Shown here piece after piece: positions 19,208 to 27,824 of a stretch of DNA of 64,000 bases (position 1 is the first letter of the stretch; each line of letters opens with the position of its first letter). The position numbers and the translations under genes were made by a program. The notes under the pieces were generated by a model. That model had not been told where the DNA came from. It ran no database searches and worked only from the letters and a program-made list of their open reading frames with translations. Source of the DNA: an uncultured delta proteobacterium (GTDB lineage Bacteria > Myxococcota_A > Polyangia > Polyangiales > JAFGIB01); assembly GCA_963778655.1 (NCBI GenBank), contig CAVZVA010000011.1, forward strand, positions 565,365 to 629,364. Reading direction: 5' to 3'.

Positions 19208-20383
19208 GTGCGTGTGATCGCGGCATTGCTGGCGTTCGGCATCGGGTGCCGTGCTCGGGAACCGAGCGCATCAAAGGCCTCGCCGGCGGCGACCGCCAGC
19301 AAGGGCAACACTGCGGCGCCAAGCTTTGGCGCCGCTCCGAGCGCGCTTGCGCCAGCAGGCACGGCGCCGGGTGCGCCCGCTCCGGCCGGCACGGGCACGA
19401 ATGCCCCGGCTTCCGCGGTGCACGCAGACGTCGGGCTGCAGCAAGACCTGCGCGCGAGCTACACGCAACTCGCCCAGCTGTATCAACAAATGGCTGACGC
19501 CTATGCGCAGCGTGGCGGCGCCACGACGGCCATGACCAGGCTCATGGGCGCGTTGCACGCGCAGATGGCAGGCACTTTGCGTGCGCCCGCCGCCGCCCCG
19601 CAGGGCAACGAGCCCGACGCCGGCGCGACGGGCCCAGGCATGATGGGGCGAGGGCCAGCACGCCGAGCGCTCCCTGGCGGTGGCACGACGGGGCCAGGCA
19701 TGATGGGACCGCGCATGATGGGACCGCGCATGATGGGACCGGGTGCGCGCGGCGGGGCGGCACCCCGAGGCGGCACCACCGGGCAGCCTCCGGGTCCCGG
19801 CATGATGGGACCGGGCATGATGGGACCGGGCATGATGGGGCACGCGCTGAGGCAGGGCTGGATGGGCGCCATGGATCGCTGGCACGAGCAGATGGCGACG
19901 CTCAATCGACAGTGGGCCGACGACGCCCAGCGTGCAGGCCAGCCCGACCTGGCGGCGCTGCATCGGAAGACCGCGGACGCCCATGCGCGCGCCGGACGCG
20001 ACATCGAGCAGGGCGCCAAGGCGATCGCCAGCCGCGCCGAGCAAGCGCCTGGCAGCGCCGACACGACACTGAACGGCGCGCACCTGTACGCGAGCGTGTG
20101 CGCGAGCTGCCATGGCCCGACCGGACAGGGCGTGCGCGGGCTCTTTCCGCCTCTCGCCGGCAACTCCGTCGTCACCGGCGCGCCCTCGCAGCTGATCGCG
20201 ATCCTGCACGACGGCAAGACCGGTCCGCTCACGGTAGAGGGCGTCGAGTACAACGGCGCGATGCCCTCCTTCCGCGGGCTGCTCTCGGCCGCCCAGCTCT
20301 CGGCCATTCTCAGCTACGTGCGAAGCGCGTGGGGCAACCACGCGCCAGCCGTCTCGGCCGAGCAGCTAGAGCACGCGCCCTGA
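19208..20383 (+). CDS. Exported cytochrome c with Met-rich GPGMM repeats (start uncertain)
   Basis: CASCHGPTGQG..FPPLAG..YNGAMP..ILSYVRSAWGN; seven GP(G/R)MM units. Confidence 0.85.
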   Translation: MRVIAALLAFGIGCRAREPSASKASPAATASKGNTAAPSFGAAPSALAPAGTAPGAPAPAGTGTNAPASAVHADVGLQQDLRASYTQLAQLYQQMADAYAQRGGATTAMTRLMGALHAQMAGTLRAPAAAPQGNEPDAGATGPGMMGRGPARRALPGGGTTGPGMMGPRMMGPRMMGPGARGGAAPRGGTTGQPPGPGMMGPGMMGPGMMGHALRQGWMGAMDRWHEQMATLNRQWADDAQRAGQPDLAALHRKTADAHARAGRDIEQGAKAIASRAEQAPGSADTTLNGAHLYASVCASCHGPTGQGVRGLFPPLAGNSVVTGAPSQLIAILHDGKTGPLTVEGVEYNGAMPSFRGLLSAAQLSAILSYVRSAWGNHAPAVSAEQLEHAP

Positions 20384-20543
20384 CAGCGACGGATGTCGCC
20401 ACCTCCAATGCCCGGGGCCAGGGCAATCGCTTGGCGCGCGATCAGGCCGCCGATCAGCGCGAGGTAGGACAACTCTACGGGCCGCCTGGCTGACATCCAG
20501 GACCAGTCGAGCCTATGCTGCGGGCCGGAGGGCGGGCAGACCC

Positions 20544-22322
20544 ATGTCGGACGACGTGCAGCGCAAGCGGGTCGCGATTTTGAGCGCGGACGCGGCCAAC
20601 TACTCCGGCTTGATGGCCGCCGACGAGGTGGCGACCGTGCGCACCATCGCCAAGCTGCGCAGCGAGATCGCCGCGCGCGTTCACCAGCACCGCGGCCGCG
20701 TCGTCGACGCGCCCGGCGACAACGTGCTGGCCGAGTTTCCGAGCGTGATAAACGCCGTGGCGAGCGCGCTTCACCTGCAGCAGAGCATCGCGCGCCACAA
20801 CGCGAGCTTGCCGGAGGCCCAACGAATGCGGTTTCGCGTTGGGATCCACGTCGGCAGTGTGATCGTGGATGACGACCGCATCTACGGAGACAGCGTGAAC
20901 ATCGCCGCGCGCTTGCAGCAGCTTGCCGAGCCTGGAGGACTGATGGTGTCTCGCTCGGTCGCCGAGCGGCTTTCCGGCGACCAGCCGTTCGAGGTGCGCT
21001 ACGTCGGGCCGAAACGGCTGAAGAACATCCCCGAGCCGGTGACTTGCTACCGCGTCCACGATCGCGAAGCAGACCCTTCGCTCAGCGACGGCGGCCCGTC
21101 GCTGCCCTACGGTCGGGAGCTCAGCGTGCCCGGGTTCTCCGGACAGCCGGCGATCGCCGTGCTGCCGTTCGAGCTGCTCGACGGCGGGACGGACGACGAT
21201 TTCTTCGCACGCGGTCTGACCGACGATCTGGTCACGCGGCTGTCGGCGCTGCGCGCGTACCCGGTGCTCACGGCGGGCGCGAGCACGGGCGCCAGCTCGG
21301 GCTCGTTGCGCAGTGAGCTGCGTTCTCGCTATGCGGTCAAGGGCGCCGTCCGACGGACCGCAGGGCGCGTCCGAATCAACGTGCAGCTGATCGACACCGA
21401 CAGCTCGCAGGTCGTGTGGGCCGACCAATACGACCAGACGCTCGGCGAGCTGTTCGAGCTGCAGGATTCCATCACCACGTCGGTCGCCGCAATTGTCGAG
21501 CCGACGCTGCGGCGAGTCGAGCAACGCCGCGCGCTGTACCTCCATCCCAGCGAGCTCTCCGCCTGGGAGTGCGTGCAGCGCGGGCAGTGGCACATGGTGC
21601 AGCTGCGCCGGGAAACCAATCTGGAGGCGCAGACCTCGTTTCGTCGTGCGATCGAGCTCGACCCCAATTTCGCCACTGCGCACGCATTTCTGGGCATCAG
21701 CCTGGCCTTCGACTCGATGTTCGCGTGGAGCAAGTCGCCGCGGCTCGCGCTCGACGAGGCGATTCGCGCCGCGGAGACCGGGCTGGCGCTCGACGACCAG
21801 AACCCGTTCGTGCATCGCGCCCTGGGTGGGGTCTACGTGATCGAGGGCAAGCTGCGGCGGTCCATCGACGCCAACCGCAAGGCGATCGAGCTGAGCCCGA
21901 GCTATGCGCTCGGCTATTGGGGCGCGGGCCAACAACTGGCGCTGGCCGGCCGCCCCAACGAGGGCCTGGCCATGCTCAGGACTGCGATGCGGCTGAGCCC
22001 GAACGACCCGATCACGGTCCAGTTCCTGGCCGACCTCTGCATCGCGTACTTCGGCGCGGAGCGCTACGAGGAAGCCGTGGACGCAGCCGAGCGCAGCCTC
22101 GCGCTTCGCACCGAGTCCAACTGGTGCTGGCCCTTCATGCTGGCGGCGCTGGTCCATCTGGATCGGATCGCGGACGCCCGGCGAACGTTCGATCGCGCGC
22201 CGCCGTTACTCAAGGGGCTCAGCGGTCACGGCATGTTGCGTGTGCTCGAGCGCATGGGCGCCGATCGCGATCTGATCTCGCGCCTGAGCATCGGTATGCA
22301 GGCCGCCATGCCCAACACGTAG
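20544..22322 (+). CDS. Class III adenylate/guanylate cyclase with TolB-N-like and TPR domains
   Basis: AILSADAANYS, GDNVLAEF, FRVGIHVG, GDSVNIAARL, IAVLPF, TPRs. Confidence 0.9.
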   Translation: MSDDVQRKRVAILSADAANYSGLMAADEVATVRTIAKLRSEIAARVHQHRGRVVDAPGDNVLAEFPSVINAVASALHLQQSIARHNASLPEAQRMRFRVGIHVGSVIVDDDRIYGDSVNIAARLQQLAEPGGLMVSRSVAERLSGDQPFEVRYVGPKRLKNIPEPVTCYRVHDREADPSLSDGGPSLPYGRELSVPGFSGQPAIAVLPFELLDGGTDDDFFARGLTDDLVTRLSALRAYPVLTAGASTGASSGSLRSELRSRYAVKGAVRRTAGRVRINVQLIDTDSSQVVWADQYDQTLGELFELQDSITTSVAAIVEPTLRRVEQRRALYLHPSELSAWECVQRGQWHMVQLRRETNLEAQTSFRRAIELDPNFATAHAFLGISLAFDSMFAWSKSPRLALDEAIRAAETGLALDDQNPFVHRALGGVYVIEGKLRRSIDANRKAIELSPSYALGYWGAGQQLALAGRPNEGLAMLRTAMRLSPNDPITVQFLADLCIAYFGAERYEEAVDAAERSLALRTESNWCWPFMLAALVHLDRIADARRTFDRAPPLLKGLSGHGMLRVLERMGADRDLISRLSIGMQAAMPNT

Positions 22323-22337
22323 CGCAGCGGCGCTCGC

Positions 22338-24371
22338 TCAGCTCGACGGAACGATCACCTTCCACAGCCGCCAGCGCTCGACCCACTGGAGCGCGGCCAG
22401 CCACAGATCGTCGTCGACCGTGTCGACCGCGAGCGCCTGGGCGATCTCGGCCGACTTGCGCTCGATGTGCGCGAGTTGGGTGGCCTTGTTGTGACCCGCA
22501 TCGTCCAGGGCCACCGCGTCCCTCCAAGCGTCCTCGCGAAATCTCTCGAAGAGGAAACCCGCGAAGACGTCGTCTAGACGGCCCAGCAGCAGGTCGAGCA
22601 CCCGCAGGCCGGGAGCGTACAGCGCCTCGACGCGCGCCTGAATGCCTCGGGTCGCTTTCTCCAGCGCCTGGTTGACGGCGAGGTGATCCTCATGCCGCTG
22701 TTCGCGCCGCTCGCGAATTCCGACCTGCACCAGGGCCAGCGGCAGGTCGTGGTTGACGTGGGCGTTGATCCCGAGCAGAAGGTCCTGAATGGCAAGGCCG
22801 GCGTCGTCTTCGGCCACGACGAACGCGCGGCGCCAGGCCTGCGGCACCTCCCGCAGCTGACCACGCTCGAAGGCGAGCAGCGCTTCTCGGTAGAGATTCG
22901 CAAACGCCACCAGGTAGCCCCCGGTCCACTCTGGATCGAGAAAGCCGCCGTTCTCCAGCTGCGCGCGGATCGCGCGCGTGGCGCCGATGTAGGCCGTCAC
23001 GAACACCCCGCGGCGATCCTGCTTTCGGTGAAGCAAGCGCTCGAGCCCAGCCAAGCCCTGCTCGACGTCCTGCGGGCTGGCGAATGGCTGCGCCAGCAGC
23101 GAGCCGATGCCGCCCGGAGACGCTGGGGCCGCAGCGGCGCTGGTTGGGTTCGCCGTCGCGGCCACGATGTCCTTGAGCGCCTGCTTGTCCGCCGGCACGA
23201 GGATTTTGGGCGGCTGGCCGAACTCGACCTCCACGATGCCCGCGAGCAGGCGTCCCAGCAGCCAGCGATGCAGGTGCAGGCCCAGCGGCAGGGCATCAAG
23301 CAGCTGCCACCACGTCCGCCACACGAAGAACGTACCCAGGATCCCATAGATCGGCAGACTGGCCCGCCCCGCCCGCTGCATGCGCAGGCGCGCCAGATCA
23401 TCGGCCGAGAGGAAATACTGCGCGAGCCAGCGCGGCACGTGATGCGCGAACGGTACCGGAAGTGGAAGCTCATCGTGCAGCCGCTCGCCGATGTCTCGCA
23501 GCAGCGCCCGCGCAAGGTGCGCCCCCTCGAGGTTCTCCGCGGCGGGTTTGAAGTGCCGCTGACGGAACGCCGCTTGAAAGGCCTCGATCTCCTCGAACGT
23601 CACCGGAACGTGGGCTGTGCTGTCGGGCTCTCCCTCGGGATGAATCCCCATCACCAGCGCGAACACCCGCCAGAGGTAGAGAAAGTCCTGCTCTTGCTGC
23701 GCCGAGAGCCCGATGCGGAGCTGGCGCAAACCCTGGACGGTCTCGTACGAGAAGCCCACGATGGTGGCAAGCATCTGCTCCTGGTTGACCGGTTTGCCGA
23801 AGCGCGCGACGTAGCCCGGGACGTTGTTCAGCACGATCGGGCGCACCCCCGCATGCAGCAGGCGCAGCTTCTGCGCCTCGAACACGGCGCTGGCGCAAGG
23901 CCCCGAGAACGCTCCGTCCGCACACAGCTCGAGCAGCATTTGCAGCACCAGCAGCGAGCGGCGCACGGGCCGTGCTTGGGAATCACCCGATACGGTCAGC
24001 GCACGCGTGAGGGCTGGAGCGCAGTACCCGGTCGGCAAAACCTTTAGAAACAACACTGTGCCGATCGCGAACGCGTGGGTGAAGAAGACCTGCTGCCCGC
24101 GCGCGAGTCGATCGCGGTCGACCCAGCCGGGCAGCTTGCCCGTGAGCGCTAGAAACGCGTCCAGCTCGGGCACCCCGGCGGCCGAGGCAGCGGCCCGACC
24201 ACCGCCCTCGCTCAGCGCGCGATTAACGGCCTCCAACTGCCCGGGCAATAGACGCGCCGCAAAGGCGTCGGCAACAGAGTCACCGGCATCCGCCAGCGCC
24301 TGCAGAAATGCGGGCGAGCGCCAGCGCTCGACCGCGCTCTGCCAGCCTTGGGTAGGAATCCGCTTGCCCAT
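22338..24371 (-). CDS. MpaB/Lcp-like (DUF2236) heme oxygenase domain fused to DUF5995-like domain
   Basis: KLRLLHAGVR, PVNQEQMLATIVGF, LWRVFALVMGI; C-terminal DRRGVFVTAY, LLLGINAHVNHDLPLAL. Confidence 0.75.
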   Translation of the reverse strand: MGKRIPTQGWQSAVERWRSPAFLQALADAGDSVADAFAARLLPGQLEAVNRALSEGGGRAAASAAGVPELDAFLALTGKLPGWVDRDRLARGQQVFFTHAFAIGTVLFLKVLPTGYCAPALTRALTVSGDSQARPVRRSLLVLQMLLELCADGAFSGPCASAVFEAQKLRLLHAGVRPIVLNNVPGYVARFGKPVNQEQMLATIVGFSYETVQGLRQLRIGLSAQQEQDFLYLWRVFALVMGIHPEGEPDSTAHVPVTFEEIEAFQAAFRQRHFKPAAENLEGAHLARALLRDIGERLHDELPLPVPFAHHVPRWLAQYFLSADDLARLRMQRAGRASLPIYGILGTFFVWRTWWQLLDALPLGLHLHRWLLGRLLAGIVEVEFGQPPKILVPADKQALKDIVAATANPTSAAAAPASPGGIGSLLAQPFASPQDVEQGLAGLERLLHRKQDRRGVFVTAYIGATRAIRAQLENGGFLDPEWTGGYLVAFANLYREALLAFERGQLREVPQAWRRAFVVAEDDAGLAIQDLLLGINAHVNHDLPLALVQVGIRERREQRHEDHLAVNQALEKATRGIQARVEALYAPGLRVLDLLLGRLDDVFAGFLFERFREDAWRDAVALDDAGHNKATQLAHIERKSAEIAQALAVDTVDDDLWLAALQWVERWRLWKVIVPSS

Positions 24372-24552
24372 GCGCAGCTCCTCATCGCTCAAGGCGCCCG
24401 CCCTCCCCTCGCCGCGCGCGCGAATGCGGGCCGGATCGCGCCTGGCCGCGTTCCGAGCGCGAACGCTACCACACCCTCAAAGCGGCTCGTCGTGATCCAC
24501 GTCACAGAGAGTTGGACCAAAGCGGTCCGAAGCTCCCGCACGCGCGCTCGGG

Positions 24553-25010
24553 CTACCCAGCCGGCGCGGAACGCGCCGGGCCGGGAGCGGCCAGCTGCAG
24601 TAACCCGCCCAGGCACAACAGCGCGGACCACGTGATCACGCCGACCCGATCGCCGACGAAGAACCAGCGTCGATCGACGAAGAATGCAAGCAAGGGCAGC
24701 GCCGATGCGGCAGCGCTGAGCGCGAACAGCACGAGCGAGCCGGTGCCGGCTCGCTCGCGTCCGAGCCGCTCGGCCTGGCCGAGCGGCAGCACCGCGAAGT
24801 AGTGAACCCAGGCTGGGCGCAGCACGAGCGTGAAGGCGAGCAGCGTCGCGAGCGCCGCCAAGCGATCTTGGCTGCCGCGCGCGCGCAGGCGATACAGCGT
24901 GAAGACGACCAGCCCCAAGCTCAGCCCAACTCCGAGCAGACCGCGCAGCCCCGCCGGCAGCACGACCAGTGACGGGATGCCGTACGCCAGGGCGCGCGTG
25001 CGAGGTCTTC
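24553..25010 (-). pseudogene. C-terminal remnant of GT87-like membrane glycosyltransferase
   Basis: TM helices with PAWVHYF motif; frame closed upstream by the GH9 stop codon. Confidence 0.5.
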
Positions 25011-25026
25011 GCCACCCGCACGCGGC

Positions 25027-27081
25027 TCACGGCGCCGCGGGCCGCGAGAGCGCGCCGACGGCGACCAGGTACCAGGCCGCGTGCGGCAGCCATTGCTCCA
25101 CCCAGCGCCAGTCCGTCCAGGGGTCTGCGCTGTCGTCCGAGCGCCACTGGATGCCGCTGCCGTCGTCGTTGCGTCCGGTGATGCCGTTCGAGATGCCGCC
25201 GTTCTGGTGGCCTTGCTGCGGCTTGTCCCCGGAGTACGGCGGTGGGTTGCTGCGCCCGATGCCGGCGATGAAGCCGACGTCGTAGGGATTCTTGCCCAGG
25301 ATCCAGTCGAGCTGATCGATCGCAAATCCGGCCAGCGCCGGCGGCAAGGCGCCAGGGTGCTGCGCGTCGGGGCACAGCGCGGTGCCACCGATCGCGGCTG
25401 CCGCGGCCAGCGACCCCAGGCGCGCGTTCTCGCCCTGCCACCAGTAGCCCGTCTCGTTGTCGTGGGGGATGAAGAAGCTGCTGCGCACGCCGCCGCCGGT
25501 GCTGACGTGCTGGCGCGCGTACCCGAACGGGTTCGCGACCTCGGAGGTCACGGCCAGCAGGTACTGCAGGTGGGCGGAGATCGCAGAAAGCGCCGGCTGG
25601 CGCCGGCCCGCATCGGGCTCGAGCGCGGCGTAGCGAGCCAGCGCGACCACCGGTAAGCCGGCATCCGACGCGTGCCAGAAAGGCCGTGCGCCGCCGTCCG
25701 CGATGAAGTAGCCGCTCGGGTCCAGACGCGCCGCGAGCGCGGCGGCGCGAGCGCGAGCCGCAGCCAGGTATGCCTGGCCGGCGGTGGCCGCATACAGCTC
25801 GCTCGCGGCCAGCAGAGCCGTGTAGTCGTCGATCACGTTCTCCACCCCGTCGTCGCAGTACTCGGGGCCGTGCTGCTGCAAGTGGGCGAAGCCGCGCTCG
25901 GCGTCGGCCAGGTATTGCGCCGCCCCGAACGTGCCCGGCTTGCCCCAGCGCGCGACGCGCGCGAGCGCCGCGATCGCCATGCCGCCGCCCTCGCGAAACG
26001 CCGCCTGGAAGTCGCGCGTGCGCGTGCCCGCTTCGCCCTCGAACGCACAGATGCTGCGCGCGGTGACGTCGCCCGACCAGCCGTCGAAGACATCGATATA
26101 GAAGTAGCCGGCCGGGTCGAGCACGCGGTGCAGATAGTCAGCACCCCACAACGCTTCGCTCTCGACCTCCGCAGCCATGCTGGCCTGCAGCAGCGCGCCG
26201 CGCTCGTCGTGCAGCCAGGCGAGCGCCCAGACCACCAGCGGGATCTGCTGCGGATTCATGAAGTTGGCGTAGCTCAGGTGCGAGAGGTACTTGGAGATGT
26301 CGCCCGAGGCGTCGTACCAGCCACCGCGCACGTCGTGGGTCTCGCTGCTGCCCTCGAAGGGCACGTTCTGGTCGGCGGACCACACGTCCGGGTCGTCGGC
26401 GCGCGCGCTGCGCAGGTACGAAAGCACTTGCGCGAGCGTGCGCTGGAACAGCAGGTTGTCCTCGATCGAAAACGGCTCGCTGCGCGTGCCGTTGACCTGC
26501 AAGCGGTAGCTGCCCGGGTGATTCCAGCCGTCGAGCGCGAGCGTGTAGTAATACGGACCGCCGCCCCACTCGCTGAAGTCGACACGTTGCAGGTCGCCGC
26601 AGTACACGGGCTGGTCGCTTTGATCGAGCAGCTGGAAGCGAGAGAGCACGCCGTCGGCCTCGACCACGGCGTGCTTGGGCAGCGCGCGCTCGAAGCCGAG
26701 CTGGTCGAGGTGCAGGTGCACGCTCAGCGCCGGGTCGCTGCCCTGATCGCGCGCGTCGCAGCTCGCGCTGGCCGGGGGCGCGGCCGGCGCAAACGGACAG
26801 GGCACCGCCGGCACGCTCGGGCTGGCGGCAGGCCCGGCATCGGCCGCGGGCAGCGGGGGCCCGCCCTGCGGCACGACCGGCATACCGGCCGCGTCCCCGG
26901 CGCTGCCCGTAGCGCTCGACCCGGCCGCGGCCGCCGCCTGCGCAGGGCCGCCGCTTGCGGCGACGGACCCGGGCGAGCTCCCTTGCGTGCCGCCAGCGGG
27001 CGCGCCCGGCGCGCGCGAGCAGGCCAGCAGGCCGGCGCCGAGCACCATCGCCCCCAATCCGAGCACGGCGCGACGCGGCAT
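25027..27081 (-). CDS. Lipoprotein GH9 glycoside hydrolase (exo-beta-glucosaminidase-like subgroup)
   Basis: LLAC lipobox; DVRGGWYDASGDISKYLSHL, WWQGENARL, WILGKNPYD, WVEQWLPH. Confidence 0.88.
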   Translation of the reverse strand: MPRRAVLGLGAMVLGAGLLACSRAPGAPAGGTQGSSPGSVAASGGPAQAAAAAGSSATGSAGDAAGMPVVPQGGPPLPAADAGPAASPSVPAVPCPFAPAAPPASASCDARDQGSDPALSVHLHLDQLGFERALPKHAVVEADGVLSRFQLLDQSDQPVYCGDLQRVDFSEWGGGPYYYTLALDGWNHPGSYRLQVNGTRSEPFSIEDNLLFQRTLAQVLSYLRSARADDPDVWSADQNVPFEGSSETHDVRGGWYDASGDISKYLSHLSYANFMNPQQIPLVVWALAWLHDERGALLQASMAAEVESEALWGADYLHRVLDPAGYFYIDVFDGWSGDVTARSICAFEGEAGTRTRDFQAAFREGGGMAIAALARVARWGKPGTFGAAQYLADAERGFAHLQQHGPEYCDDGVENVIDDYTALLAASELYAATAGQAYLAAARARAAALAARLDPSGYFIADGGARPFWHASDAGLPVVALARYAALEPDAGRRQPALSAISAHLQYLLAVTSEVANPFGYARQHVSTGGGVRSSFFIPHDNETGYWWQGENARLGSLAAAAAIGGTALCPDAQHPGALPPALAGFAIDQLDWILGKNPYDVGFIAGIGRSNPPPYSGDKPQQGHQNGGISNGITGRNDDGSGIQWRSDDSADPWTDWRWVEQWLPHAAWYLVAVGALSRPAAP

Positions 27082-27180
27082 CGGGGGTATGGAGCACCGC
27101 GCACGCGAGTTCGGGTCACGGCCCGCCGCGCAGGCGGCCCCGGCAGCCCGGCTGCGGCAACGGGCCCGCGGAGCCGTCCG

Positions 27181-27390
27181 TCAGAACAGGGTGTAGATGA
27201 AGGGGGCGGCGCCGCTTCCGCCGAGCAGCACCAGCAGGCCGAGCAGCAGCAGCGAGATCAGGATCGGGGCGAGCCACCACTTCTTGTTGCCGCGCAGGAA
27301 AGCCAGCAACTCCCCGGCCAGGGACGCGCGCGGGCGACCGGCCTGCTGCAGAAAGTCTCGCTCGCTGGGCTGGTCCGGCATGGCGCTCAA
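27181..27390 (-). CDS. DUF5989 (SxtK-like) small membrane protein
   Basis: FLRGNKKWWLAPI..AAPFIYTLF. Confidence 0.9.
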   Translation of the reverse strand: MSAMPDQPSERDFLQQAGRPRASLAGELLAFLRGNKKWWLAPILISLLLLGLLVLLGGSGAAPFIYTLF

Positions 27391-27824
27391 TACTGGCGAA
27401 AGTAGCTGTCCGGCCTGCGGGCCCCGTCAGGCTCGCCGAAGTAACTGTCGGCGGCGCGATCGAAGCGCCGCTTCAACGGGTCGCGTCGCGTGAGCTTCAT
27501 CATGAGCGCAACCGGACCCAGCACCAGGAAAAATAGCACCAGCAGGGCGAGGTAGGACAGCACCACGCCCGCCGGAAAGGCGAGCACGCTGAGCGCGATG
27601 TACAACGGCCGATTGGCGCGCGGATGCAACAGCGCGAACAGCCCGCTCAACAGGCCTAGCCCCGCAAGCCCGAGCGCGAGCGGCAGCCGCGCCGCACCCA
27701 GGCCCGCCTGCTGCGCGGCTTTCGCCGCGAGCAAGCCGAGTACCAGCAGCGCGATCGCGCCGAAGCGGCGCAGCCGCGTGCGGTCGGGATGGAGATCAAG
27801 CTCGAGCAGAGGCACGCGTTTCAA
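27387..27824 (-). CDS. SxtJ-family membrane protein
   Basis: LRRFG..FFLVLGP..RDPL..SYF..YFRQY. Confidence 0.85.
   Translation of the reverse strand: MKRVPLLELDLHPDRTRLRRFGAIALLVLGLLAAKAAQQAGLGAARLPLALGLAGLGLLSGLFALLHPRANRPLYIALSVLAFPAGVVLSYLALLVLFFLVLGPVALMMKLTRRDPLKRRFDRAADSYFGEPDGARRPDSYFRQY

Noticed and set aside
19630..19840. CRISPR-like repeats
   Set aside because: 15-bp in-frame coding repeats (GPGMM), with no spacers and no cas genes
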